A stretch of 64,000 bases of DNA from Dehalococcoidia bacterium. Lineage in GTDB: Bacteria; Chloroflexota; Dehalococcoidia; GIF9; DYGU01. A program made the translations under genes and the position numbers. Shown here piece by piece: positions 27,438 through 37,135 of the stretch. The DNA lies in assembly GCA_042408205.1 (NCBI GenBank), contig JBHOQK010000025.1, forward strand, positions 1,597 to 65,596, given 5' to 3'. The notes under the pieces are model-generated. The model did no database searches, was not told where the DNA came from, and saw only the letters and a program-made list of their open reading frames with translations. How positions within the stretch are numbered: position 1 is the first letter of the stretch; each line of letters begins with the position of its first letter.

Positions 27438-29207
27438 CTATTCCTCCAATTTCATTTGTTTTAATACTTGGCGCAGGCGGAAAATTATAGCCCCTATTAG
27501 CAAAATAAATCCTATAACCGAGACGATAAATAGCCAGGTCTGTATCAAACCAACTCGGAAGGATTGGGGAGTTGTCCACGGGCTTTCATTTTGAGCCCCA
27601 TCTACAGCTTTTACTCTCCAATAATAAATACCGTAGCTTAAAGCTTCTTTACTGGTTAATTTATAAGTAGTTTCATTTAGGTTAACTTTGCGCAAACTAA
27701 GATTGGTAAAGTCTTCGGTCTTAGCTATTTCCAGATTATAACTGACGCCACTGGGGTCAGTAACGGGAGACCAGCTAAATTGGGGGGTAGCTTTACCTAA
27801 GAGATTGACCCGGGCTCCCGGGGATGGCAATAGGAGATTTGGGGTTGGTGGTGGGGTTGTTTCCATAGTTACTGAAGAAATAACAGAATTACCAGCAGCA
27901 TCTTTAACTTCTATTTTATGTCCTCCACCTTTGCTTTTGGGAGCTTTGAAGGTAATAGTGAAACTACCAGTAGTATCTGTTATTGCTGTAGCTACTTCCA
28001 GAGTGTCATAAATAATGGTTATAGGTGAATTCTTAGCAAAGCCACTGCCGACAATAGTAATCGTTGTGCCTACAGCTATGTTAGTTGGGTTAACTTTTAT
28101 GGCGGAAGTTACAGTAAAGATTAGGTCGGGGATTTCGGTATCTGGGGTAATAGTCCCGGAGGCATCAATAATATGACTACCTTTGGCTCCGGGTGGCACT
28201 TCCAAAGTAGTTATCCACGAACCCGTAGCATCGGCGGTAATATCGCTTTTAACCACATTTCCATCATAAAGGAGGCGGATATTCTTTTCATTTCCAGCAA
28301 AGCCGCTACCAGTAATGGTTATGGTACTCCATACTGGTGCTGAAGTTGGCTCAACCTTTATCCTGGGGGCAATAGTAAAAATAACATCAGGAACTTCGGT
28401 AGCTAAGGTAGTGCCCATAGCATCAATGATATGATCGCCTCGGATAGCCGTCGGCACTGAAAAGGTAGCTGTCCAGCTTCCTTTGTCATCGGCGGCAATA
28501 CCTGTTTTAACGGCAGTGCCAGCAAAGGTAACCCGGATATTCGTTTCATTGGCGTTAAAGCCGGTGCCAGTAACGGTGACTAAAGTACCGACCCCGCCTG
28601 AGGTAGGGGATAGGCTGATTTTTGGGGTGACGGTGAAGGTTCCAGCTGGCACCTCGGTTTCTAAAGTGATCGCGCTAAAGCCAACAACCTGATGGGCTCC
28701 CTTAGCACTTATCGGCACGGTAAAAGTCGTTGTCCAGGAGCCACTGCTATCGGCGGTGATGCCTGTTTTTTGCTCTATACCATCATAAGTTATTTTGATA
28801 TTAGGTTCGGTAGCTGTAAAGCCCCTGCCAGTGACTGTGACAGTAGTCCCCACTGGTCCACTGCTTGGGGTTAGGCTAATACTTGGGGTGACTCGGAAAG
28901 TTTTACTGTCAGTGTTTGGAGGGGAGGCATCATCAGTAACAGTAATAGTATGGTTACCCTTAACGCTGGGGGGGATAGTGAAAGCGGCAGTAATTGTTCC
29001 CCCTTGAACTAATCCCCGAGCCATTTCCACCCCATCATAAGTGACTCTGAAGTTAATACCGCTAAAACCACTCCCAGTGACGGCGACAGCAGTACCTACT
29101 GGACCTGAATCGGGAGTGAGGCTGATGCTGGCAGCAGCATTAACACCTCTCGGTATTAAAGTTATCCCGAGGAAAACTATCAAAAAAGCCCAAATTTTTA
29201 TTTTCAT
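27438..29207 (-). CDS. secreted IPT/TIG-like repeat protein with C-terminal Fn3-like YYWRV module and TM anchor
   Basis: Signal peptide. At least six ~85-aa repeats of the form ISLTP.SGPVGT.VTVTG.GF...I.VTYDG. The C-terminal module is FSWSPVTDPSGVSYNLEIA...YYWRVKAVDGAQNESPW followed by a hydrophobic helix. Confidence 0.7.
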   Translation of the reverse strand: MKIKIWAFLIVFLGITLIPRGVNAAASISLTPDSGPVGTAVAVTGSGFSGINFRVTYDGVEMARGLVQGGTITAAFTIPPSVKGNHTITVTDDASPPNTDSKTFRVTPSISLTPSSGPVGTTVTVTGRGFTATEPNIKITYDGIEQKTGITADSSGSWTTTFTVPISAKGAHQVVGFSAITLETEVPAGTFTVTPKISLSPTSGGVGTLVTVTGTGFNANETNIRVTFAGTAVKTGIAADDKGSWTATFSVPTAIRGDHIIDAMGTTLATEVPDVIFTIAPRIKVEPTSAPVWSTITITGSGFAGNEKNIRLLYDGNVVKSDITADATGSWITTLEVPPGAKGSHIIDASGTITPDTEIPDLIFTVTSAIKVNPTNIAVGTTITIVGSGFAKNSPITIIYDTLEVATAITDTTGSFTITFKAPKSKGGGHKIEVKDAAGNSVISSVTMETTPPPTPNLLLPSPGARVNLLGKATPQFSWSPVTDPSGVSYNLEIAKTEDFTNLSLRKVNLNETTYKLTSKEALSYGIYYWRVKAVDGAQNESPWTTPQSFRVGLIQTWLFIVSVIGFILLIGAIIFRLRQVLKQMKLEE

Positions 29208-29410
29208 ACTACTTTAAGCCGATAATACTTAGCCCTGCCTATTTGTCGTGAAACTTCAATGATATTCCTTTCCTCAAGTCTGGCTAAACTGGCCACAACC
29301 TTCTCCCGACTCTTAATCCCCAAACCCCTCATTATCTCCGGAATCGCATAATCCCGCCTCAAGTCAGCTTTCATTAGATTGATGATTTCTTTTTCTATTT
29401 CTTTTTCCAT
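29204..29410 (-). CDS. small winged-helix DNA-binding protein
   Basis: 68 aa from the internal ATG at 29410; the longer track start lies upstream of the predicted -10. wHTH-like LARLEERNIIEV. The stop overlaps the next start (ATGA). Confidence 0.5.
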   Translation of the reverse strand: MEKEIEKEIINLMKADLRRDYAIPEIMRGLGIKSREKVVASLARLEERNIIEVSRQIGRAKYYRLKVV

Positions 29411-29427
29411 TTCAAATCTTTTGTGAA

Positions 29428-29456
29428 ATAGTAGCACAAATAAAAAGAAATGTCAA
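29428..29456 (-). promoter_or_regulatory. promoter for the wHTH / IPT-repeat operon (TTGACA-17-TACTAT)
   Basis: Read on the minus strand, just downstream of the rho stop. Confidence 0.55.
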
Positions 29457-29490
29457 GGGTGGAATTTGAGATTTTTGGGATTTTAGGGGT

Positions 29491-30753
29491 TTAGATATCT
29501 TTACTTAGGGTAGCTAAAAATTCGGCGTTAGTTTGGGTTTTAGCCAGTCTTTCCAGGACTCTTTCGGTGACTTCGGTGGGATTAGGCAAGTCTTCGGCTA
29601 CCATAGCTACCATTCGCCGGAAAAGTCGCACCCTTTCCAAGGTAGTTTCATCTAAGAGGAGTTCTTCCCGGCGGGTGCCACTGGGGATTATGTTTATTGC
29701 CGGAAAGACTCTTTTTTCGGCTAACCTTCGGTCAAGGTGAACTTCCATATTTCCGGTACCTTTAAATTCTTCATAAATAAGGTCATCCATCCGGCTGCCT
29801 GTATCCACAAGGCAGGTAGCGATGATAGTCAAACTCCCGCCACCTTCTGTGTTTCGAGCTGTGCCAAAGAATCGTTTTGGTGGATAAAGGGCTACTGAGT
29901 CAATTCCTCCCGAGAGGGTACGACCACTGGGGGGCATAGCTAAGTTATAAGAACGGGTGAGGCGGGTAATGCCGTCCAGGAGGATGACCACATCCTTACC
30001 TATCTCAACTAGTCTTTTTGCCCTCTCTAAAGCTAATTCAGCGACCCGAGTATGAGTTTCAGCTGGCTCATCAAAGGTAGCGGCGATAACTTCAGCTTTA
30101 ACGGAGCGCTTCATATCGGTAACTTCTTCCGGTCTTTCCCCAATAAGACAGACCATGAGGTGGATATCGTTGTAATTAGTAGTGATAGCGTTGGCAATAT
30201 GCTTTAAAAGCATGGTTTTGCCCGCTTTTGGTGGTGACACAATAAGTCCTCTTTGACCGCGTCCGATAGGGGCGACCAGATTAAGCAGGCGAGTAGACAG
30301 GTTATTAGAGGTTGTCTCCAGATTGATAAGTTTATTAGGGAAAGTGGGGGTAAGGTTAGAGAAGTGGGGGCGGTTTTTAGCTGTTTCTGGGTCTAAGCCG
30401 TTAACCGCTTCCACTCGAAGCAAGCTGTGATATTTTTCTCCTTCTTTTGGTGGTCTTCCTTGACCGGAAACTAGGTCACCGTTTCTTAAACCGAGGCGGC
30501 GAATTTGGGAAGCGGAAATATAGACGTCATTGGGGCTGGGGAGGAGGTTGTCCTGGCGCAAAAAACCATAGCCTTCGTCCATAATTTCTAAAATGCCGGA
30601 AAGGAATAGATAGCCTTGCTGTTCCGCTTGTGCCTGGAGAAGACGAAGGATAATCTCCGACTTTTTCAGCCCGGTAATGCCAGTAATTCCGTATTCCCGA
30701 GCTAATTCCAGAAGTTCCTCCTTGGTTTTAGCCTCCAGTTCCGTAATATTCAT
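29491..30753 (-). CDS. rho: transcription termination factor Rho
   Basis: 420 aa with the Rho N-terminal domain ([14 protein letters not shown]), RNA-binding region, P-loop PPKAGKT and C-terminal ATPase blocks. Confidence 0.95.
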   Translation of the reverse strand: MNITELEAKTKEELLELAREYGITGITGLKKSEIILRLLQAQAEQQGYLFLSGILEIMDEGYGFLRQDNLLPSPNDVYISASQIRRLGLRNGDLVSGQGRPPKEGEKYHSLLRVEAVNGLDPETAKNRPHFSNLTPTFPNKLINLETTSNNLSTRLLNLVAPIGRGQRGLIVSPPKAGKTMLLKHIANAITTNYNDIHLMVCLIGERPEEVTDMKRSVKAEVIAATFDEPAETHTRVAELALERAKRLVEIGKDVVILLDGITRLTRSYNLAMPPSGRTLSGGIDSVALYPPKRFFGTARNTEGGGSLTIIATCLVDTGSRMDDLIYEEFKGTGNMEVHLDRRLAEKRVFPAINIIPSGTRREELLLDETTLERVRLFRRMVAMVAEDLPNPTEVTERVLERLAKTQTNAEFLATLSKDI

Positions 30754-30778
30754 TCTGTCACCCCTTTATTTATCAAGA

Positions 30779-31426
30779 CTATCCCATAACCCTTTTCCAA
30801 TCCTCGAGGAAACGAATAATACCCCCATCGGTCAAGGGGTGGCGAATCATTTGTAGTAGCACTTCATAAGGAACGGTAGCAATATGGGCGCCAACTTTGG
30901 CTGCTTCCACACAGTGGCGGGTATGCCTAATACTGGCAGCAATGACTTGAGTAGGAAAATTATAATGCTTAAACACCTCCACAATTTCCTTGACTAATCC
31001 TATTCCATCCTGACCAATATCGTCCAATCTACCAATGAAGGGGCTGACATAAGTTGCCCCGGCAAGGGCTCCCAGGAGAGCCTGATTTAAGGAAAAGCAA
31101 AGAGTGAAATTTACCTTTATCTTTTCTTGAGACAGGATGGAAGTAGCTTCAATACCGGCGATGGTGGCGGGAATTTTTATCACCACATTCTCCGCCCACC
31201 GGGAAATCTCTCGAGCTTCGGCTACCATTCCTGTGACTTCCTGGCTCAAGACTTCAGTGGACACTGGACCGGGAACGAGGGCACAAATTTCTTGGATAAG
31301 CTCTTTGTAGTTAACTTTACCTTCTTTAGCTACCAAAGTTGGGTTAGTAGTTACCCCAGTAATAACTCCTAATTTAACTCCGTGTCGAATATGGTCAATA
31401 TTAGCTGTATCTAAAAATAATCTCAT
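30779..31426 (-). CDS. tal: transaldolase / fructose-6-phosphate aldolase (short, TalC/FSA type)
   Basis: [13 protein letters not shown]...GVTTNPTL, 215 aa. Confidence 0.9.
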   Translation of the reverse strand: MRLFLDTANIDHIRHGVKLGVITGVTTNPTLVAKEGKVNYKELIQEICALVPGPVSTEVLSQEVTGMVAEAREISRWAENVVIKIPATIAGIEATSILSQEKIKVNFTLCFSLNQALLGALAGATYVSPFIGRLDDIGQDGIGLVKEIVEVFKHYNFPTQVIAASIRHTRHCVEAAKVGAHIATVPYEVLLQMIRHPLTDGGIIRFLEDWKRVMG

Positions 31427-31450
31427 TAGAGTGGCTCTATCCTTTTTAGT

Positions 31451-33079
31451 TTAACCCAAAGGCAAGGTCACCTGAGCCCCTTCCACCAAAGTTTGTTTAG
31501 CTTGGGCAATGAAATCCAAGAACAAAGGATGGGGGCGGTTGGGGCGAGATTTAAATTCAGGATGAAACTGACAGGCGACCATCCATGGGTGGTCTCTAAT
31601 TTCACAAATTTCCACTAACTTACCATCGGGAGATAGACCACTAACTATAAGACCAGCTTTGTTCAATGGTTCTCGGAATCGGTTGTTGAATTCAAAACGA
31701 TGGCGATGGCGCTCATAAATGATACTTTGCTGATATGCCTGGTAGGCTTTTGTTCCCGGAATCACATGGCAAGGGTAGCTACCTAATCGCATTGTCCCGC
31801 CTAAGGTGGTGATTTCCTTTTGTTCCGGCATGAGGTCAATTACGGGATAGGGGGTATTCGGGTCAAATTCGGTAGAATTAACTTCAGGAGTGCCAAAAGC
31901 ATAGCGCCCAAACTCAATGACCATTACTTGCATTCCCAGACATAAGCCCAGATACGGGATTTCTTTCTCTCGGGCATAAGTAGCAGCTTTTATCATCCCT
32001 TCAATACCTCGATGCCCAAAGCCACCGGGAACGATAATCCCTTGAGCTTGTTTCAGCAAATGGTCACCATTTTTAGCCAGGTCTTCGGAATGCACCCACA
32101 AAATATTTACCTGCCGGTTATGGTAAAGCCCGGCATGGCATAAAGCTTCCCTAACAGAATAATAAGAATCTTTAAGCTCCACATATTTCCCCACCAAAGC
32201 TATAGTCACCGATTCCTTAGGACTTTTCAATTTAGCCACCAACTCTCGCCATTCTTCCAGTTCCGAAGGCTGTGCCTCCAGCTCCAGACGACGGACGATT
32301 AAATCTCCCAGTCCCGCCTCTTCCAAAATCAGGGGCACTTCGTAAATAGTCTCCGCTGTTATCAGGGGAATAACGGCTTCTTTATCTACATCGCAGAAAA
32401 GAGAAATCTTTTCTTTTATCGCTTCTGGAATGGGGTGGTCAGAGCGGCAGAGGATAATATCAGGTTGGATACCGATACGCCTTAGTTCGTTGACACTATG
32501 TTGGGTTGGCTTAGTTTTGAGCTCACCGGTAGTGGTAATAAAGGGTAGAAAAGTAACATGAATATAGAGGACATTATCTCTACCTTCCTCTTTTCTCATC
32601 TGGCGGATAGCTTCCAAAAAAGGTTGCCCTTCAATATCCCCTACCGTGCCCCCTACTTCCACAATAACCACCTGAGCCTGGGAAATCTCCGCTACTTCCC
32701 GTATCCGTCTCTTTATCTCATTAGTCACATGGGGCACTACTTGGATAGTGCCGCCTAGGAAATCCCCTCGTCTTTCCCGGGCAATAACTGCGGAATAAAT
32801 TTGCCCTGAAGTAACATTGGAAGCCTGAGTTAAATTGACATCAATAAACCGTTCATAATGCCCCAGGTCTAAGTCTGTTTCGGCACCGTCCTCTGTAACG
32901 AAGACCTCGCCATGCTGATAGGGAGACATAGTCCCTGGATCCACATTAAGGTATGGGTCAAGCTTCTGAACCGACACTGAAACCCGGCGGCTCTTCAGGA
33001 TTCGGCCAATAGCAGCTACAGAAATCCCCTTCCCTACCGAACTAACTACTCCCCCAGTCACAAATATATACTTAGTCAT
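31451..33079 (-). CDS. pyrG: CTP synthase
   Basis: [20 protein letters not shown]-terminus and a C-terminal GATase ([15 protein letters not shown]). Confidence 0.95.
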   Translation of the reverse strand: MTKYIFVTGGVVSSVGKGISVAAIGRILKSRRVSVSVQKLDPYLNVDPGTMSPYQHGEVFVTEDGAETDLDLGHYERFIDVNLTQASNVTSGQIYSAVIARERRGDFLGGTIQVVPHVTNEIKRRIREVAEISQAQVVIVEVGGTVGDIEGQPFLEAIRQMRKEEGRDNVLYIHVTFLPFITTTGELKTKPTQHSVNELRRIGIQPDIILCRSDHPIPEAIKEKISLFCDVDKEAVIPLITAETIYEVPLILEEAGLGDLIVRRLELEAQPSELEEWRELVAKLKSPKESVTIALVGKYVELKDSYYSVREALCHAGLYHNRQVNILWVHSEDLAKNGDHLLKQAQGIIVPGGFGHRGIEGMIKAATYAREKEIPYLGLCLGMQVMVIEFGRYAFGTPEVNSTEFDPNTPYPVIDLMPEQKEITTLGGTMRLGSYPCHVIPGTKAYQAYQQSIIYERHRHRFEFNNRFREPLNKAGLIVSGLSPDGKLVEICEIRDHPWMVACQFHPEFKSRPNRPHPLFLDFIAQAKQTLVEGAQVTLPLG

Positions 33080-33172
33080 AAATTAACTACTCGTCTTAGT
33101 CTGGTCAACTAATTCTTTTATGAGCCTTCTGGGTTCTTTAACTCTATTGAGGTAAGAGCGAGGTTTTTATTT

Positions 33173-33201
33173 ATTGTAAAAGGGCAAAGCAAATCTGTCA
33201 A
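33173..33201 (-). promoter_or_regulatory. pyrG promoter (TTGACA-17-TACAAT), part of a duplicated ~45-nt cassette
   Basis: Read on the minus strand. The cassette 33158..33201 is closely similar to 35909..35954. Confidence 0.6.
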
Positions 33202-33259
33202 GCTTATCCAGCTCAAAGGGTTCCCTTTGGGCAAGGGATTTAGCTTCATATAAGAACTT

Positions 33260-35833
33260 TCATTTTATTTTCCGGCTGAGGAGTGACAGAGCCACTATAG
33301 TCAAACCTATGGTGGCAGCAGTTCCAGGGCGGCCACAGCCTTTTTTAGGTGGTGGGGGTTGGGGTGGTGGCGGTGGCTGCTGTACTGAGGGAGGAGGTGG
33401 CGGTGTCTTTGGGGTTTGGGGGTCAAAGTAATGATATAAAACATTAGTGGCAATAGTTTTCCCTTCTTTAACGATAATCGTTGCGTCTATTGCCCAGAGG
33501 TAAACGCCGTCGCTGGCTTTGAGAGCTTTAGGGAGACGGCAGAATTGGGGTGGCAGGGGTGGTAAGTAAGGTTCTGGTGGTGGTGGTTTATATTTTGGAA
33601 TACCTGAAGTGAGACTATCTAAGGTGGGGGTTGGGCTGGCGGGAGCCAGCAGGCGAAGGGCACCGCTGCTGGGGGGGAGAAATTCCGGATAGGGTGGTGA
33701 AGGTGGCGGCTGGAACCAATAAAATGAGGCATAAACAACTCCCCAGTGTTGAACTAAACCGCTGAGGCGCTGATAGCTTTCAACTCGCTTGATCTGAGTC
33801 CACTCTTTGCTGGTGTCTATAACAAAGCGGTAAATACCTTCTCCAGGAGTATCGGAGGCAGCATAAATAGTCTTGTTAGTGCCAAAATCTATATCAGCAA
33901 CTACTTGTATATTACCTCTGCCGCCGCCAAGGGGGAGAGTAAGAAAGAAAGTAGCTCCGCCATCAGGGGAATAGCTCACCTGACCATTTTCGGCGCCACC
34001 AACCAAGACATAATTACCCGGGGCAGTAGTAATCATATTAGCCTTCCCAATACGACTATCTACTGGTCGGCTCCAGGTCTTGCCGCCATCGGGGCTCTTG
34101 ACCACTTGCCCGGCGCTATTGACTATATAAAGAATGTTTGGGCTGGCAATTGCCATATCTATAGTTGGTAGGGGGGCTATTATTTTTTCAAAGGTTTGTC
34201 CCATATCTTTTGAGGTATAGATAGTCGTGGTGCCACTAACGGCAGTATTAGTCTCCGCCAGATAAAAAGTTTTACCCTCAGGGTCATCGGGGATAATTCT
34301 AAGGAGGGCGGTATTAGTTTGGGTAGCGAAACATAATATTCTTTCCCAGCTTTTTCCTTGATTAACCGTTCGCCACAGGCTATCAAAGCCGGGGGAGGTA
34401 GTTACCAGATAAACTGTTTTAGAATTTAAGGTGGGGGCGACATCTTGGAAGGAGGAGGTGCTGGTATTAATTTCAGTATCAATAAGGCTTATTTGGTTAA
34501 AAGAGACACCTCCATCCAGACTCAGGGATAGGGCTGATTCATCCTTTGCGGTCATGATGGGGCTGGAAGTAGCGGTATAAACCGCTTTTCCATCGGGAGA
34601 GACTCGGACTAAAGCATTGCCCGGACCGGTAGGGGGTTTTAGGGACAGTTGCCAAGTGGGGGGTGAGGCTTGGGGATTAGTCGTCCGTCTGATTTGGACT
34701 GAAGCTGTTTCCGGGCTGCCTTTGACTTCCCCCGCCCAGAGGTTACCGGAAGCAACGGTGCCGAAATAAGTTAGACTGGCTATAGGAATATCAGCGCCGG
34801 CATTAGCATTAAGTCGGGTGACGGTAGTATTGTCTAAGCGGTAGACATCGGGATTACCGGTAGCCCCGCCGGCTATTTGGGGCTGGCTGTTCCAGGCGAT
34901 ATAAAGGCGTCGTTTAGCTATTTCTGCCCCGGAGTAGTCTTGGGGCAAAACCATAGTAGAGCTCAGGATTCTACCGCTTTGTCCGGCTTTTGGTCCCGGG
35001 TGGGCGGTGCCTTCGGCTGGTGAATCAGTGCCGGGAGTTTCTATCCTTACTGGATAGCCAGCAAAGAGCTTAGGGTCATTCCAGGTGAGGGGCAAAATTC
35101 GGGTATTTAATATATTAAGGAAAGTATCGCCGTCATTATTTCCTGGCTGGTCAGTAGTTGATGCCACGGCTAAGATAGTGAAGTCAAGGGGGTAGTTAGG
35201 CGAAATAGCTACTGCGGTGACATCACCGCCGGAGAAGCCTTTTACTTGGTAAGGGTCGGTGAGGTCTTCCCATTTTCCCGGGGTGGGGAAAGTGAAGCGA
35301 GCTACAATCCCATAGCTATAGCCATCATTGAGAGAAGCGCTGCCGACAATAATGTCTCTAACGGCGCCAATAGCTGGCGAAATAGCTATGTCCTTAATTA
35401 AAGTCGGGGGCAAGTTGGGGATAGCTCCAGTTTTGATGAAAGTCCTCCCCCCATCAGTAGAAATATGGACTTTAGTGCCATCTTCAACTATAGCCAAAAA
35501 GAAAGGGTCATCAGGGGCTAAGGCTAAACCAGTAAGATTGCCCAAGATACCCTGATGCCTTAGCTCGGAAGTTAGTTCTATCCAGGTAATGCCAGCATTT
35601 GTGGATTTAAATAATCGAAAATTAACGCTGTCTAAGGCAAAGAAAGTAATGCCATCCTTACCGATGGCTAAATGGGTTATTTCGGAAGGGCTCAGGATAA
35701 CCAAACCGTCACTACTGGGAGTGGGGAAAATAGACCAGCTCCCTGAGGTAGCAACCGCCGGACTTATGGTTATGGGCAAGACCAAGAGAATAAGACTAAG
35801 CCTCAAAATTAAATTTCTCCTTTGTTTTTTCAC
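33260..35833 (-). CDS. large secreted Asp-box (BNR) beta-propeller protein with Pro-rich stalk and C-terminal anchor
   Basis: 857 aa, GTG start with SD aggagg, signal peptide. Repeated Asp-boxes (STDGGRTF, STNAGITW, SLDGGVSF, SPDGGKTW, SPDGGATF). PPPPP runs, then GCGRPGTAATIGLTIVALSLLSRKIK. Paralog of 38764..41991. Confidence 0.65.
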   Translation of the reverse strand: MKKQRRNLILRLSLILLVLPITISPAVATSGSWSIFPTPSSDGLVILSPSEITHLAIGKDGITFFALDSVNFRLFKSTNAGITWIELTSELRHQGILGNLTGLALAPDDPFFLAIVEDGTKVHISTDGGRTFIKTGAIPNLPPTLIKDIAISPAIGAVRDIIVGSASLNDGYSYGIVARFTFPTPGKWEDLTDPYQVKGFSGGDVTAVAISPNYPLDFTILAVASTTDQPGNNDGDTFLNILNTRILPLTWNDPKLFAGYPVRIETPGTDSPAEGTAHPGPKAGQSGRILSSTMVLPQDYSGAEIAKRRLYIAWNSQPQIAGGATGNPDVYRLDNTTVTRLNANAGADIPIASLTYFGTVASGNLWAGEVKGSPETASVQIRRTTNPQASPPTWQLSLKPPTGPGNALVRVSPDGKAVYTATSSPIMTAKDESALSLSLDGGVSFNQISLIDTEINTSTSSFQDVAPTLNSKTVYLVTTSPGFDSLWRTVNQGKSWERILCFATQTNTALLRIIPDDPEGKTFYLAETNTAVSGTTTIYTSKDMGQTFEKIIAPLPTIDMAIASPNILYIVNSAGQVVKSPDGGKTWSRPVDSRIGKANMITTAPGNYVLVGGAENGQVSYSPDGGATFFLTLPLGGGRGNIQVVADIDFGTNKTIYAASDTPGEGIYRFVIDTSKEWTQIKRVESYQRLSGLVQHWGVVYASFYWFQPPPSPPYPEFLPPSSGALRLLAPASPTPTLDSLTSGIPKYKPPPPEPYLPPLPPQFCRLPKALKASDGVYLWAIDATIIVKEGKTIATNVLYHYFDPQTPKTPPPPPSVQQPPPPPQPPPPKKGCGRPGTAATIGLTIVALSLLSRKIK

Positions 35834-35924
35834 ATTACCTCCTGAGATTATATTTCCTTGCTACCGTGGGCAATTTTTGCTTTAACTAAGGAGATTTTTC
35901 GGGGCGATAGCGAGGTTTTTCTTA

Positions 35925-35954
35925 ATTGTAAAAGGGGTAAGGCAAGGCTGTCAA
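35925..35954 (-). promoter_or_regulatory. promoter of the 857-aa surface protein gene (TTGACA-18-TACAAT), second copy of the cassette
   Basis: Read on the minus strand. It shares -35, most of the spacer, -10 and the downstream aaaaacctcgc with the pyrG promoter. Confidence 0.55.
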
Positions 35955-35979
35955 GTTTAAAGGAGACTAATACCCTCTT

Positions 35980-36267
35980 TTACTGCCTCTTTAACCAAGC
36001 CAATTCTCTTTTTCTTAATTTCAAATTCTTTTTCTGTATAGCATAAATGTCTAAAGGTAGCCCCACTTCCCGGTATTTATAAAGCCGAGAGGCTCGTTCC
36101 GGAAAGGGGATATCGCCAAAGTCATCTGAGACCAAAATTAAGTCAAAATCACTCTCTTTAAGGTAATCACCCCTAGCTCGGGAGCCAAATAAAATAGCCC
36201 TTTTTAAATGATAATCTTGAGCTATTTTACTGACGAAGCGCCTTACTTTATTAATTGTTTCGTCCAT
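35980..36267 (-). CDS. nucleotidyltransferase-domain protein (MNT-type)
   Basis: ILFGSRARGDY...DFDLILV (GS-x-RG ... D-x-D). I prefer the internal ATG at 36267. Confidence 0.7.
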   Translation of the reverse strand: MDETINKVRRFVSKIAQDYHLKRAILFGSRARGDYLKESDFDLILVSDDFGDIPFPERASRLYKYREVGLPLDIYAIQKKNLKLRKRELAWLKRQ

Positions 36268-36382
36268 GTAAGGATCCCCTGGGCATATTCCAGGTGCAAT
36301 ACCGTTCATGCTCCAAAAGAAGCTCAGCCGTCTTTAAGTCCTCTTCAGCCTGGAGGAGTAAGTCTCGGACTTCCTGTCTCAT
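36251..36382 (-). pseudogene. HEPN N-terminal remnant (43 codons)
   Basis: MRQEVRDLLLQAEEDLKTAELLLEHERY resembles the N-termini of the two intact HEPN ORFs in this window (WLEQAYEDLKWAKDL...). The similarity then stops, and the ORF runs into the NTase start. Confidence 0.4.
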
Positions 36383-36384
36383 AG

Positions 36385-36795
36385 TTAGTTAGGGGCAATT
36401 TTTTCCTTAACTAAGGCACAGATTTCCTCAGCTATGGCAATTGCCTCTGTAGCTACTTTCTGGTTATACACCCGTGCCGGAATACTATCGGGTAAGGCAT
36501 TGGGATAGCGGGTGGGGACATAATAGCCATCCAGAATTGCCCATTCTTTGGCTTTTTGCCCAAAAACCTGGTCATAGACACTAGCCAGGGAGCACAACCT
36601 TTCCACGGAATGTCCCAAGACAATTTCTTCACCGCAGGCATAAAGAAAAGCTTTTAACGCCTTCTCCCCTATTTGTTGAGCTAAAAAGCAAACAATATGA
36701 TAACCGCCTCTTGAGGCTAAGTCTTTTGCCCATTTTAAGTCCTCATAGGCTTGTTCCAACCACCTTTTGCCGTCTTCAATAGGACTTTTTCTCAT
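36385..36795 (-). CDS. HEPN domain protein
   Basis: 136 aa. N-terminal WLEQAYEDLKWA helix, AQQIGEKALKAFLY, and the RYP motif region. It overlaps the upstream NTase gene by 20 nt. Confidence 0.75.
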   Translation of the reverse strand: MRKSPIEDGKRWLEQAYEDLKWAKDLASRGGYHIVCFLAQQIGEKALKAFLYACGEEIVLGHSVERLCSLASVYDQVFGQKAKEWAILDGYYVPTRYPNALPDSIPARVYNQKVATEAIAIAEEICALVKEKIAPN

Positions 36796-37135
36796 AAAGA
36801 ACCACTTCCTGAGCTAAAACTTGCTTTAAAAAGCCCCTCTGTTTCATTTGGTCAAACTCTTCAACGGTATAACATATAATATCAGCAGCCACGGGCAAGC
36901 TGAGAGAAGCATAAATTTCCCTGAGCCTATCGATAAAACTTTTATCACTATCCATTACAATCAGGATATCTAAGTCAGTAAATAGGTCAGCCCTCCCTTG
37001 AGCATAAGAGCCGAAGAGGCTGACTCTTTTGATATCACTTCTGTGGCAGAGCTCCCTTTTAACTTTCTCTACGGAAGCTTTAAGAAGCTCCACATATTCC
37101 TTTCGCTTTTGGGCTATTTTTTGGTTGATATCCAT
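36776..37135 (-). CDS. nucleotidyltransferase-domain protein (MNT-type)
   Basis: VSLFGSYAQGRADLFTDLDILIV motif. The start overlaps the upstream stop (TAATG). Confidence 0.75.
   Translation of the reverse strand: MDINQKIAQKRKEYVELLKASVEKVKRELCHRSDIKRVSLFGSYAQGRADLFTDLDILIVMDSDKSFIDRLREIYASLSLPVAADIICYTVEEFDQMKQRGFLKQVLAQEVVLYEKKSY

Noticed and set aside
27370-27579. 69-aa minus-strand ORF overlapping the 3' end of the IPT-repeat gene and the tubulin-like promoter.
   Set aside because: It is an alternative frame of a well-supported gene, with no start context, and it spans a predicted promoter.
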